The notes under the pieces: model-generated
Database searches by the model: none
What the model saw: only the letters and a program-made list of their open reading frames with translations
What the model was told of the DNA's origin: nothing
Shown here: positions 14,078 through 26,839 of the stretch, piece after piece
How positions within the stretch are numbered: the stretch's first letter is position 1
Layout of the letters: each line of letters opens with the position of its first letter
From: Spizellomyces punctatus DAOM BR117
Taxonomy: Eukaryota
Direction: 5' to 3' (one strand)
NCBI GenBank assembly: GCA_000182565.2
Contig: KQ257455.1
Length of the DNA stretch: 64,000 nucleotides
Program-made: the position numbers and the translations under genes

Positions 14078-14709
14078 ATACTTGTTCAATGTATGTTCTC
14101 ACACAATGTAGATCCGCCTCCAAATGTGGTAAAACAATAGCAATTTGCCGGATGCGTCAACGAGGGTATGGAATGAGATTGACCTCGCGCGGAATGGAGA
14201 TATGCTTACTCGTGAGTCGGGCTGTGGGATGGGGGAGCGTTGCGAGCAACAAACAAGTTCGTGATGCCCAACAGCGGCAATGGGCGTGAAGGTGGTTGGA
14301 ACGTATTTCGGATGGCTGTGGTTTGCTTTTTGGGGGGCAAAATGGGCGGCTTTTGGCTAGTCTCAGGGGTCGTTGCGTTTCAAAAGTTGGCTCCATTAGG
14401 CACGTGGTTTGGGGATCAATGTGCTTAGTACACACAATACAAGTATAAACAAATGGCATATTATGATTTCTTCGTCTGGATATCCCAAATGACGAGTTTC
14501 TGTATTGTTCTTTAATGCGTCCCATATTGAGTCGGTGGGGTGAATGGCCCCCCAACTACAGACTCTACATATAATCTATAATATACATGTTTAAATCATG
14601 TTTTACTTTTGCCGTACTCGTGGTGGAGTTTGAGAACGAGACTCACGTCTTTTGAAATGATATTAATTTTAGAAAACATACAACTCAACGGTATAAATGA
14701 AAAAATGGC

Positions 14710-17288
14710 TCACCTTTTACGCCGCCTACCATCGCCGCTTCTGGAGCGGACATGTTTTCTATGGCGGGAGCCAGATCGAAATCTACTCTTTACCCGTCTC
14801 CTTTTGCGGCCCTCGCTACTACGATCTCTTCTGTTCGATGAGCCACGGCGTTTATGAACCTTGCGCTCGCGGTTGTAACGAGATCTAGCTCGCGACCTTG
14901 ACCTCGATCGTGAGCGTGACCTTGACCTCCACCGTGAGCGTGACCTTGACCTAGAGCTGCTACTAGACCTAGACCGCGATTCTGAGGACAGACTATACCG
15001 CCTTGATCGAGACAGCGACGACTCCCTCTCGCGCAATCTCGGTCGACGATCCTGCCGACTACAAACATTTCACTATTGATTAAAACGGAGTCGAGATATT
15101 AAAGTTCAGCACACCTACCTATGGCGGGACGGCGATCTTGCTTCAACTGAAGAGGATTGCGACCGCGTTCGCTTCACAGACGGCGAGCGAGATCTTTCGC
15201 GTCTTGTCTGAATCGCTTCTGACCCTGAAAGTGTGTCGGATAGTATACGAATCTCGGATGTGGAGACCACCGACCTACGCATTTACTGTGAGCACATTCA
15301 CACAAAAAAGTCAAACTGCCAAAGTTACTCACGTCGCTTGGTTGGAAGTACTTCCTTCTTTGCGGGACTTCATTTCGCGAAATGCGCTTTGCCGGTCGAG
15401 TTGTTGGAGGCGCTCTTCTTCCACCTTCTTGTGCTGTTTGACTTCATCAGCCCGAACTATTGGAATCGCCGAGTAACATGCATGAAAAGTAAGAGGTCGG
15501 AATATCAGCTGAAAGTGCCTGAAAGCACAGGTGTACACTGATATGCCACCAGTGCTCCCGCTTCCTGAGCATGCGTAAGAAGACACACTGGAAACGATAT
15601 CTGACTTTGCTTTTCCAGTGCCATTTGCGCCTTTTGTTTAAGCCGCTCGAGAGGGGTAAGCTTCTTTTTTGCTACCGTCTGTGGTTTACCGTTCTCCGCC
15701 TGCCTGGCGGAAATAGACGAAGATGACGAGGCTATTGACGGTGAACGGTAAGCAATCTCCGAATCATCTTCCAATCGACTACTTGCAAGCGCAAAAACAC
15801 ACGTTAATACAAGTTTTGCGCAGTGCTGCGCCGAGTACATACCTATAGGATCTGGGGGATCGCGTGTGATTTCCTCCATTATCCTCGGGTTCGACACTTT
15901 CACAGGCAAACTCTGTAATGAACTCGATTGAGTCTTCGCCTTCTCCAATTTCTGGTTCCCGGTTGCGTTCTGGAATAGCAATATCGCTGAAGAGACGAAA
16001 AACGTTAATGGGCCACTATGCATGCAAAACATAAACTTCTGACAGTGCACACCTTGCATACGGTGCATAAGTCGGACTTGCTCGCCGGTTATAGACCGCG
16101 GGTCGTGATATTGGTTCATGAGTTGTAGTGCGTCTTTCCTTGCTCCTCTGCCGTTTTCCACGAGCCCGCTTTCGTTGATTGTGTAGCTATGATTGTAAAC
16201 TTCTCAGAACTCTGGACTATCAGATGCTCCAGTCCAACTCACCCGCAATCCAGCCTCCTCATCTGCGCGATGTGCCTCCTGCTCCTTTTTAACCAGGCGC
16301 ATCCTATAGTAGTAATCATCAATTCCATATGGTTCCGCGATCTGATTTAGGACAGCAATGTCGGCATCTTCTAATTCTTCAATGTTGCTCAAAAGATCTT
16401 CCTGCTGGAGCAGAGGCGTTTCCTGCGGCTCATCGGCTACTCGACCCTCCTCATACGTATATCCAATAGAAGCGCCAGCGGATGGGGTACATGAAGAACC
16501 CTGCTGCTTGTCTTGCTTCGGGTCTCCCCGTTGTTTTGTCAACAGATCGTTCCATTCTTCATCAATACGATCCAGAACAGAACTTTCAACCCCTAATAGT
16601 AGCAGTGTGAGAGGCATTCTGTACCGGATGACAGTCGTGAAACCTACTCTCTAGCCTGTCACTTTCCACTAGATCCCTGTACCGCTCAAAGTTGAGTTCT
16701 TCCACCAGTTCGTCATCTTCAGCAGGTTCTATTGGCTGGCCCGGATTAACAGTCGGGACAAAGTCCAGAAGCCCGCGTCCATCGAATCTAGGAGTCCAGT
16801 CAATAAAACTTCATTGGGTTTGAACTGAAGATCTCACAAACCTGTCAATGCGCGCTTCTTCATCCCCCTGCCATTTCAATCTACAAACAATTAGTTGGTA
16901 CAGGACATGTGTAGTTGGTACAGGACATGTGTTTTCTGACCAACAAGTAGCTTACAAGTTATCCTGATTTTCATGATAATAGAATTGTTGCGCGTCCGGG
17001 TACAGTTTGCCTGGCATCGAGAGTTATCTCATTGGCACCCTAGGTATAAACCTCACCTCCGACAAGGTACTTACAGGATGTCCCAGTGACGCGAAGTAGC
17101 TGTGAGGGATCGACGAGCTTCGACTTGTAGTACTTTGCTCTCCGCTCCGCTCTAGCTTTGTGATCAACCATAACCGCATTCACCTTTCGCTCATGTTGCC
17201 TCTAGAATAGGTAGCCGATTTCAGTTGCCCCCGAGAAGAACTAAAAAAAGCAGCTGGAAATGCCCTCACGTACAGCAGCATGCCACAT
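14710..17288 (-). CDS. CLASRP: CLK4-associating SR-rich protein (SWAP/DRY_EERY N-terminus, C-terminal RS domain)
   Basis: MWHAA-RQHERKVNAVMVDHKARAERRAKYY..WQGDEEARIDRFDGRGLLDF, ELNFERYRDLV, KLTPLERLK and RSRS repeats at 14880-15010. Confidence 0.85.
16892..16931. repeat. Perfect 20-bp tandem duplication inside a CLASRP intron
   Basis: TAGTTGGTACAGGACATGTG occurs twice in tandem. Confidence 0.9.
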
Positions 17289-17419
17289 TCTTCTATGTTT
17301 TTGCTCACACCTTGATATATGGGGAGAGGAAGGTAAACAAACGCATCGACGTGAAGGCAGCCTTTAAATGACATTCACGTGCCTCAGCACGATCAGACCC
17401 ATCCTCCGTTCAATGACTT

Positions 17420-17945
17420 TCCGCTTGTTAGTGTAGAGGTGACAGAAAATGGCACTAGCTACTACACCAGGGAATAAACCGGCGACAACCGGTTCGGAAA
17501 AGCTATCTAACTACTACTAGGCAATTATACACGCAATACGTAACGGTTGGTTCTAACCGGATAATTGCCCACCACCACACGGTCCCTACTAGGCCTTGAT
17601 CCAGAACTCTTGATGGCATTGAAGCCAGAGTCTTCGCAATATTGGGGAGACTCGCAAGCTGGAGGATCTTCAGTGACAAGGCTTGGAGACTAAAGCTGCA
17701 TGTCAGCGACAGAATGACAGAATGAAAAGAGATGATGCCATTGGTACATACCAACCAAGCTCAACTAATGTGGCAGCATAATAGTAGGTTTTGTTATCAG
17801 ATCTGATTGGTTGCAGCTGGTTCTGATCACGGTTGCTGTCGGGCGGACGAGGTCCTCGACACCACCACATCTGTATTCTCATGATTAGACTGACAGTCGC
17901 GATGAGAAGAGTTGCACAGATGCTTTGAGAGTCGAGGAACTGGTG
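17420..17945 (-). ncRNA. Candidate spliced, structured Pol II non-coding RNA (alternatively a small ORF or a long CLASRP leader)
   Basis: Minus-strand TATAAAA at 17975-17981, then a CT-rich tract, a canonical 56-nt intron 17696-17751 (GTATGT..GCTGAC..CAG) and at least ten nested inverted repeats. Confidence 0.45.
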
Positions 17946-18183
17946 AGGAAGGGGAGAGAGAGCAAAGGCCCCCCTTTTATAGACCTTCGGCATGCGCCTC
18001 ACCGCAGTTTAAAAAAAAGTTACATTAGCATGCCACACCACTTTGAGCGATAGAGGGGGTTCTGATTATGCGATATGGTTAACCGGATTAATCCGGAAAA
18101 TAATGGGTCCTAGTGCCATTTTCAATCACCTCCACACTATGCTTTATGCGGTTATTCATGAGATAACGACAGTGGCCTCCGAG

Positions 18184-19548
18184 ATGCCCCCTAAAACAAA
18201 GCGAAGTAACTCTGGAACCCCGCATTCTGAAGTGAAGATCGTTGGCGAGGTGCAGGTTGACAGCAGCACCCCAACCGGTGATAAACGCAAGCTAGATGTC
18301 GTTGAGACAGTGAGCCAAGATGCAGCCACAGGAGAAGATAGAGAGGAACAAGTTAACACTCCTCGTCGAAGTATGCGGTCCAAGGTCACAGCAGTTGCCG
18401 CTTCCAAAACCTCCAGTCACGTCAACACGCCGCGCGCGAAGAGAGTAAAGTTAGATGCCCAAAGTATCGAATATCTCCTTACAAATCGAAAGTCAAAGCT
18501 AGGTAAATCTGGGTTAGATTTAAAGGTACGGAAATTGTCCTCAAAGGTTGGCTGGACGTTTTGTTTTGCTCAGTCTCTCCATTGCATTCTCAAGAAAATA
18601 TTCAGCTTTGAAGTTTTTCAAATGCTTTCGCCAGAAGATCAGGACGAATTGACACAGCTGGTGCCGAGCGTAGATCGTGCGAATGCTAGAGGGATTCACG
18701 ATCCACCATTGACGGAGAGATTCTTCAAATACAGTACGCATTTGCGTGAAAGTATTGGAGTATTTCAAGACATGCTAGCAGGTGGATTTTATGAGCCAGC
18801 TGGACAGGAACAAATGGTGCAGGAAGTCGAAGATACCAAAAAAGACTACGACAGCTGGAAGGTAAAACAGTGTGCGCGACTTACCCTCGGGCTGCGATAA
18901 ACAAAAAAGTGCCCAGGAACAAAATTACGAAGAAGTATGGGGCGACCATTTGGATCAAGAAGTTAGCGAAGAAATTGCCAGGTAGGCTGAGCGATGACAT
19001 ACCTCTAGCTGTGCTTGCATACCAGCATTTTCTCGGTTTACAGCATCGCGAAAACCATCACCTTGAAGGAAATGTGCGAACAGGATATTCTGCGGAGTGG
19101 TGACGAGTTTGTTTATAAGCGAAGTTTCGGAAAGATTGGGGTTACTGTTGAAAAGGCGGTGAAGGTAATCTCCTTACAATGATCTGTCATGAAATAATCG
19201 ACCTTCCCCAGGGTATTTAATTGTTCCATCTGTTAGATTATTTCAGTTGATGGAACCCTTCGGGTTCAAAGCGGGAACGCAACTTGGGCTGATATTGAGG
19301 CTCCCACACGACTGGAAACATTGATTCTCGACCAGGACAAGCGCGTGAGCAAAAACAAACGACCAAACGGGAATGCTTGGAAGGTAAACCATGGCTCGGA
19401 AATCTGTGGAACTGTACCGCATCTTAGCTGATTATGATTGCCGTTACCGCAGAGCATAAGATTGCGACGAAATGGAAAGGATATGGGAAAACTATCTGAG
19501 ATGAGGAATGATCTTGCAATCAGCGGATATGGAAAGGGTATATCATGA
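18184..19548 (+). CDS. Asx-homology (DEUBAD) domain protein with a C-terminal RAMA-like domain
   Basis: EYLLTNRKSKL..DLKKIFSFEVFQMLSPEDQDELTQLVPSVD..FQDMLAGG..YEEVWG fits DEUBAD. C-terminus ITLKEMCEQDILRSGD..APTRLE..PNGNAWKSIRLRRNGKDMGKLSEMR. Confidence 0.7.
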
Positions 19549-19638
19549 AAGATGCGATATGGTCCCCATCAGATTGCTCTGCGAACTGGGCTAGATACTG
19601 CGCTTGATTCATCCCACCCACCGAGTGGAACATGTAAT

Positions 19639-20207
19639 TTATTTTTTTGGATTTAAATGGCCACATTCTTTGCAGGTTCGCAACTCCTCGCTGGCATAAT
19701 ACCGCTCAATGACGGGTTTGAGTTGCGTCCCTAGGTCAACGCAATGAAAGGATTCCTCATACACAATTTTTTTACAATTCTCACAATACCAACGCAACCG
19801 GTCTTAAGGGATGACATGTAAGAGAGCTTACCACACAGATGAATCGATTCGAACTTACCCAAAGCGTCTGGTGGCCGCTTCCTTTCGATAACTATACCCA
19901 CAGTATCAGCGAACCGGACAGGGTTATGTGGAGTGTTTCCGGGAAGCAGAAACATTTCACCCTCTCGTATGGGAATATCCTTGAATTCCCCGTCGTCGAC
20001 AACTTTCAACAGCATGTCCCCTTTGTGCTGATAGAACCATTCTTCTGTTTCATTCCAGTGATAGTCTGTCCTAGCATTCGGTCCACCAACAACCATAACG
20101 GTGAAGTCTGCCGAGTTGTAGAGGCAGAAATTGTTAACGGGAGGTTGTAGAAGATGGTGGTTTTCCTCAAGCCATTTGGGAAAATTTATCGGAGGCAAGA
20201 GTGGCAT
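19639..20207 (-). CDS. BNA1: 3-hydroxyanthranilate 3,4-dioxygenase
   Basis: [69 protein letters not shown]. One intron. Confidence 0.97.
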
Positions 20208-20270
20208 CTTGTTGGAATGCTGGAGAAAAGTTTAGACAGAGGTTGCAACCTCATCAATGATCGCGGAGGC

Positions 20271-20279
20271 ATGACTCAT
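20271..20279. promoter_or_regulatory. Perfect Gcn4/AP-1 site upstream of BNA1
   Basis: ATGACTCAT about 64 bp upstream of the BNA1 ATG. Confidence 0.4.
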
Positions 20280-20451
20280 CACACGGTTGTTATGACCGGT
20301 TGCTAACAGATGAATTCAAGGTTTTGGTCCCACTTACCTTATCGGAGACCTGTGGCAATGCGTTCGGTTCTCCACATGGACCGAAACCTTCGCGTAACGC
20401 AGATATTTCAGGATACTCCGAAAGTAATATTCTTGCAATAACAAGGGAGAA

Positions 20452-22228
20452 ATGCAGTCCGCAACCGATGCCGACGAAGAGCTCACTGCATTTGGCGACT
20501 CGGACAAGACGTCAGAGGACCTACGGTCCCCGCGAAGAGCACAGTCGTTCAAGGTCCGCGCCTTTGCGGCTCTTGCTTTCGGTAATGTTTTGCTCATTTT
20601 CCAATGATCAATAGAAGCCACGAGTGCCAGTTAAACGCCGCAGTGTGCGAGGTATGCGGAAACTACAGATACCGCCAGATGAGGACGAGCTCGATTACGA
20701 TACGGATAGCGCGCTTATCTCACCGAACGCGGGACGCTTCCCAACTGCGACAAGCTCGTCCCCACCCGCAATACAGAGAAGTGCGACTATTGGAAGCTTA
20801 CAATATCTACGAGGCGTGGAACGGGAGCTCGAGCAGACTAGAAATGAAAGGAGAAAGGTACATCATAGGTGCCGAGGTCGGTATTTTCATTGAGATGCTA
20901 ATGCGGTGAGTGTCCGTAGCTGGAAAATGCGCTAAAGGAGTCGGAGTCCGTCGCGAATTCATACGCAGAGGACGCTGAGCGATGGAAGAAGGTCCGCATT
21001 CCTGTTAGAGTTGGAAGTAAGGAAACCCGAACTGTCTATACTTATGATCCATTTCATACAGAAATATCGGGACGCGGACGACGATTTGACTCGTTTGCGA
21101 GAGCAGCAAGATACACAGGAGCTCCGGATTCAACAGCTGCAGGAGATGGTTGATGTACTTCGGCGACAAGTGACACAAGCTGATAAGGACAAGGCTGTGT
21201 TGCGCTCTGAAGCGAACATAGCTGTCACAGCATTGTCCAAGATGAAGGGTGAGCGTTCAGAAACAGAACGGCAGCTTTCCACCCAACTTTCCACTGCAAA
21301 TGCCGCGAACACCGCATTAAGAGGTCATATCCATCTAAGCATGACAACCTTGATGAAAAAACCTAACATCCGCTCCTAAAACGTATGCAGCGGAACTCAA
21401 AGAAACTGAATCTCTGTTTCAAGCCGCCAAGGTGGAATATGAACTGGCGACACGCACATACGAGACAACCCAGCGGGCCCATCTCGTCATGATCAAGACG
21501 CTGGAAAAAGAGCTGCAGGAGGTGGGACATCAGCTGACGCTCTTTAAGGATTTGTGAATGTGCAAGAATCATAATCGCTGTTTCACCTTAGACCCGCCAG
21601 CGTACGCTCGACCATGGCGCGATCCAGCAACTTGTCCGTCGTTCGAGCCTGGAACTGTTGAAAAGAACCGATCGTTTGCACGAGCGATTTGAAAGCGGGA
21701 CAGCCTCTTCCACAACTGATATCACTGATCAGCTACTGTTGCAGCTAGCCGAGCAAAACAGGGCACTTCAAGAAGAGATTGAAATGCTGAGGGCTACGGA
21801 CGTCGCATTGCCGAGTGAGAATAATCTTAATGGTGAGGGGCCCCAGGATCGACCACCCTCACCTATAAAAGGCGTTGCTTTTATGGCGTCTCCACCAGCT
21901 AGTCCTGGTCATCCTCCTGCAGTTACGAAGAAAGGCCCGAGAATTCCAAGAAGAACCTCAAGCGTGTGCGAATTATTGGCTGTTAAAACCGCCAAGACTG
22001 CAAGGACAGAAGATGGGATGAAATCAAAAATGGGCACATTAGCGGCCGAGTTAGCTCACCCACAAACTCCAAATGACGGAGAAGTAGAACGTGAGTCTCT
22101 CTTGCATGTTTGGCAAAGCCCTCAGCCCTCTTGGTGACCGTTTTCAACCGTTAGGCCTTCGGCAAGAGAATATGGCGCTAGTCAGCTATCTGGTGGCAAC
22201 ATTAGATTCCCTCAGTAAGATTCAATAA
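20452..22228 (+). CDS. Uncharacterised multi-exon coiled-coil protein
   Basis: ORFs 20624-20893, 21011-21379 and 21658-22137 join through GT-AG introns; heptad-rich; ends RLRQENMALVSYLVATLDSLSKIQ*. Confidence 0.6.
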
Positions 22229-23201
22229 CGTTGAGCGAATGCCTATCATTAAGAATGGCTTCTCCTCTCAATCTGTACATAGTTTTTCCTTTAAAAGTGG
22301 ATTTGCACCTATCTAGCTATCTAGACGACATAGCGCATTAATTACTATTCCACCCTACCTGTAAACGTGAGATCACCCTCCAATATTGAATCCCCTTATA
22401 CTGAAAAGCACACTGACGGGACGAGCTTGGCTGACACAGCAGTACGAATAATCATTTGGTTCACCAAAATACAGAATAAGGGAATTTGACCTTGAGTGGA
22501 TGGAATAACTAAGCACCATCCCATGTTCCAAACATCGCTACCACATGCAGACAGCGACAAAGCGCCGGAGACGCTGCTGCATCGCCATATTACATTGTAT
22601 CTCAGTGACTTGGTATTGCTTTGTTTGCTACGAGTAGCCTCCCATCGGCGCGGGAGACAATCTCGGCTAACAAGATCCTCTTTGGGGATCATCAGTGGGA
22701 ATGACGCGCAACGCGCGCGATGCAGAGCGTATTGGTAAAAGGATGTGATCACGCGAGGGAGGACGTTCGACGGCTGGAACCCACCGCAAAGCTGCTACGT
22801 TTGGAAGACTGAACGAGGCGAAATCACCTTTTTGGCGTTGCGCATCATTCGACTTGAGAGTATCTTTGTGCGTGTCTATCACAATTAAACCTGAATCTCC
22901 TTCCCAGGGGACATCTCCTTGATTTTCATTTCGCGTCGTTGAACGACATCGTCCCCCCCCGAAAGATCCTCACCCCCTTTCACACTCCCAGCTGACCCGA
23001 CAAATCGCCCGCTTGGATCCCCTTGTTTCCATCGTGCTCCCATTGACCCCACCCCAGGGTTTCTTTGACTCTAGTCTTTGTTCCTGATCTGTACATTTAC
23101 CTCCCATCTCTCTCTACTCCTCCTCCTTTGCACACTAAAAAGAACACTGCGTGTATTTCTGGATTGTCCTCGTTCAAAAACAACCTCGAGGACACGCGAA
23201 A

Positions 23202-26200
23202 ATGCATGACTCGGCGTGCCCCGAGGTGGTGCTGGTCATTGAAGAGGCCGAGGAGGATGCGGGTGATAGAGCTGGGACGGATGTCTCTTTGCTCGTAGGA
23301 ACGGATGACAAGGAAGAGGCAATGAAGACGGAAGCCGCTCTCGTGGCAAGCGCCGTAGCCTCAACAACACTTACAGCTGCCGCATCTGCTGTAGTTGGCT
23401 GCACCGATCTTGCCTTACGCGTTGATACTTCGTCTATTCTTCATCATCACAACCATCGGCCTCTTCTGGATCGTCGCATCGCGGCTCTTATTAGCTCTAT
23501 ATCTACTGGTGCCAGAATCTCGCTTCGTCTTGCTTCCATTTTGGTTGAGGCCATTTTTGAATCATTGAAATTTTCGGCATCAACAAGTTTGGCCATCACA
23601 CGACGGGCAATGGTTGCTGCTGTGTCTTCTGCGCGAACGCTACATTTGATTGCGATGGGCCGCGGGAAAAGGTATGCATCAATAGATTGATTGATATTCT
23701 GAGATGAGTCTAACGAGAACACATCTGGTCCAAATAGTGACAGCGTTTCCTTCTTTAAAGTCTTGGATCGCTATACTTCCGCCGGGGTTTATGTCATCCA
23801 CAACGTCTTTTCTTTGGCAGAGCTGTTAACCCACACAACCTTTCATCTTGCATCCTCTACAATCCGTTTCTCTCTCAACGTAAGTATATTTATATTCATC
23901 GTTATGGCTAAATCAAAGATACTAAGCCTCTTTATTATAGGCGGCGGAGGAATTTGTACAGGTTCTTGACGGATTATTTGGCGAAACAGAGACATCTAAA
24001 GCACTGGCAGCGTTTGTCTGCTTGGTAAAGAAGGAGCTGGAGGGGACGGAGGAAGACTTGTGCTTGGGTTCAAAGTATGGACGAATTTCGGCTCTCGGCC
24101 AAATCACTAAAGCCATGACTGTGAGTATTAAGTTTTCTGTCTTTGGGACGGGGCCATATAAATGACCAGAATTGGTGACAGGCCTACTGCTGCTTACAAT
24201 ATGTAAACCGAAACCGGTGGAGAAACTCGCTGAAGCTCACAGCAATCTTTGAAGGACATATACGTCCCTCCGAGGTCCCAGAGGACAGTGCCGCAAAATC
24301 ATACTCTGGTCTGTCTGATTGTGAGATCAACAGTCCTAGCGACTTGGGAGAAATGGGAATGGCAGAACTTCACGCAATTGCTAGTGGAACCTCACAACTC
24401 CTCGCTCCGCTGACCAGAAATCATATTTTGGGCCCCATGGACCGGCGGCGGATGTCTAACCCAGAGAGGTTTTCCTCCCTAGCGCTTCGGCTCATTGATC
24501 TTGAAGGGGGTCGCAGTGGCGTGCAAACGATGACTCGCGAGGACTCGGGATACGGGGAAGATCCCACAGCTGCTTGGCCAGAAAAGCCCCAAAATCTGGC
24601 AGAGGCGCGCGATAGGAGACGAGAACACCGCCATGGCTCGGTAACTCCCGATGGTCGAAGGCAGCGGGCACATTCAGGACAATCTGGGCAATACAAGCTA
24701 GATCACGCGCAGGTGAATAGCGTTCTCAGAATGCTAGAGTCAGTGCAATTTGGTCGAAGTCAGACCAAAAGCAAGCGCTCTACGAAATGGGAGAACAGTG
24801 CTTCCTTGCCTAAGGCTCACCGCGACGGTCATGGTCGACATGCTCGCCCCAAAAGTGACAACATAGTTTCAACTGATGGATCAGGAGATCCACGACAGAA
24901 GCTCTTCGAAAACATTGCTCGCTACGTAAGGTTTGCGAGCGGTGCATACGGAACCAATTTCTTGAAGATCTTGGGGTACGGCACGCAAAATTCTTTGTCA
25001 TCCTATTCGTTAGAGTTACTTACACGGGTCAACAGCATTGGTCGTGCGCGTGATCTTCTTATAGAAAATTGTACCGAACATCACAACCATCAAAGTTTTG
25101 CCTTCCATACCGATGTTCCCGTAGAGCACATTATAACCTCTTCATTTCGAAAACCGAGCGCATTGCACCCACCTGCCCTGATCGCGCCGGTGCATTATCT
25201 CGTCGTAGATGCCAAGAGTTCTGCCGTGGTAGTCAGTTTGCGTGGAACTTTAGGGCTTTCGGATCTAATCACGGTGAGAACTTGGCGTGGAAATACCCGC
25301 CCCCAAAAATCTGACTGACAAATATTTGAATTTAAAGGATCTTACCAGTAACTATGCTTCGTATGAAACTGTGGATGGTGTTCAAGGCAAAGTCCACGCA
25401 GGTATGCTGGCATCCGCAGAGAAGATCGCCCGAGGACCTGTGCGCGATGCAGTGGTGGAGGCCCTGAACAAGCATCCAAACTTTGGTCTTGTGCTCACCG
25501 GACATAGTCTGGGTGGCGGTGTCGCTGCTTTACTGGCTCTGATATGGTCGCGGAAATGCGTTGGAGATAATGGGGAGGAAAAGTTTTTTACTAGCGAAGA
25601 GAAGGGCTTTCCCAGTCGACCGGTCCATTGTTTCGTTTACGTATGTACACTCTGCAAACATACATATCATGCCCATTCCAGCAACTTTAATTCTGACTGC
25701 TGACAGGGTGTACCGGCGGTCATGTCGTTGAACCTTTCAAGCCACTGTAAAGACCTCATCACGTCCGTCATATACCGTACGTGCGACGCGAAATACCTGA
25801 GGAGCCAAATGAACTGAATTCCTAATGCTCTTACACAGGTCACGATGTTGTTCCTTGTCTTTCACTAGGGCTTATTCGCGATTTCCGGAACGTAGCTGTA
25901 AATCTGTGTAACGAGCAAGGAATGGCCGAACGAGTTATTGGGAAAGTTCTGGGTGTTTTTAAGAATTATCCCGGCGCAAATGTTCCGACAAATGCAGGAC
26001 GTCAAGAGGGCCCAGGACATGAAGATGAGCTCTGGTATTGGGCACTTTTGAAAACTCTTCGAGCAGATATGAGAGCAGAAAAACTTTATCCACCAGGAAG
26101 CGTGTGAGTAGCACTTTCAGTTTGATGGAATGGTATCCGATTCTTAGTTGCTCTCCTCATCCCAGGTATTGGCTTGACGCAACCACGCCAGTCGTGAAAG

Positions 26201-26484
26201 CTGCCGCAAATCCCGTGAGCTCGTCGCCGACCGTGAATGTATCGAAAGCACGAATTGCCACTGCCTTGACGGTCCATGCCGTTGACGACGTCGAAGTAGC
26301 GTTCTCTGAATTTACATTTTCGCGCACCATGTTTATCGATCAGTAAGTTTGCAAGCATTGGTTGGTCTTTCTTCTGTTATCGATGATCAAGACTCATTTC
26401 CATCATTCCACCAGCTCTCCGCACAGCTACGAGAGAGCCCTCCAATCTCTTATGGTCGCAATGAAGACGCATCAATGGGGATGA
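23202..26484 (+). CDS. Class 3 lipase, diacylglycerol-lipase-like
   Basis: YVRFASGAYG, VVVSLRGTLGLSDLITDL, VHAGMLASA, nucleophile motif LTGHSLGGGVAAL, DVVPCLSLG, KLYPPG, MFIDHSPHSYE. Confidence 0.88.
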
Positions 26485-26839
26485 CGGCTCATCCTGGTTA
26501 TTGATTACTATTGACATTTTTATTTTACCGCGAATGTGCGGTCTCTTTATAACTTTTTCAAAGAGTTTATCGATTGGGACGTATATATTGATGGTTTTTT
26601 AAATGGGGTTATTAGGGGACATATGTACAGACAAGAAAATCATGTAAATGGAGTGGAATCTTCTGGTTGTTTATATCTTTTAAAATGGAAATATAATATC
26701 TTTTGTTACACTTGAACGCTGTCCACAAGAACTTCAAGAATCATCGCTTACCATAGATTTGAATGTACGCGTAAAATGGCGATCTACGCGTACCTTACCA
26801 GCGCGCACCAGCACACTGCAAACCCACGGCTTTGACACT

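Noticed and set aside
14880-15010. CRISPR-like or satellite repeat
   Set aside because: Simply the RS-dipeptide coding repeats of CLASRP; no spacers, and the context is eukaryotic.
17420-17981. Specific calls as telomerase RNA, U11, snR30/U17, SRP or RNase P/MRP
   Set aside because: No CCCUAA template, Sm site, exact m1/m2 motifs, SRP helix-8 motif or P4 consensus found. Kept only as an unclassified candidate.
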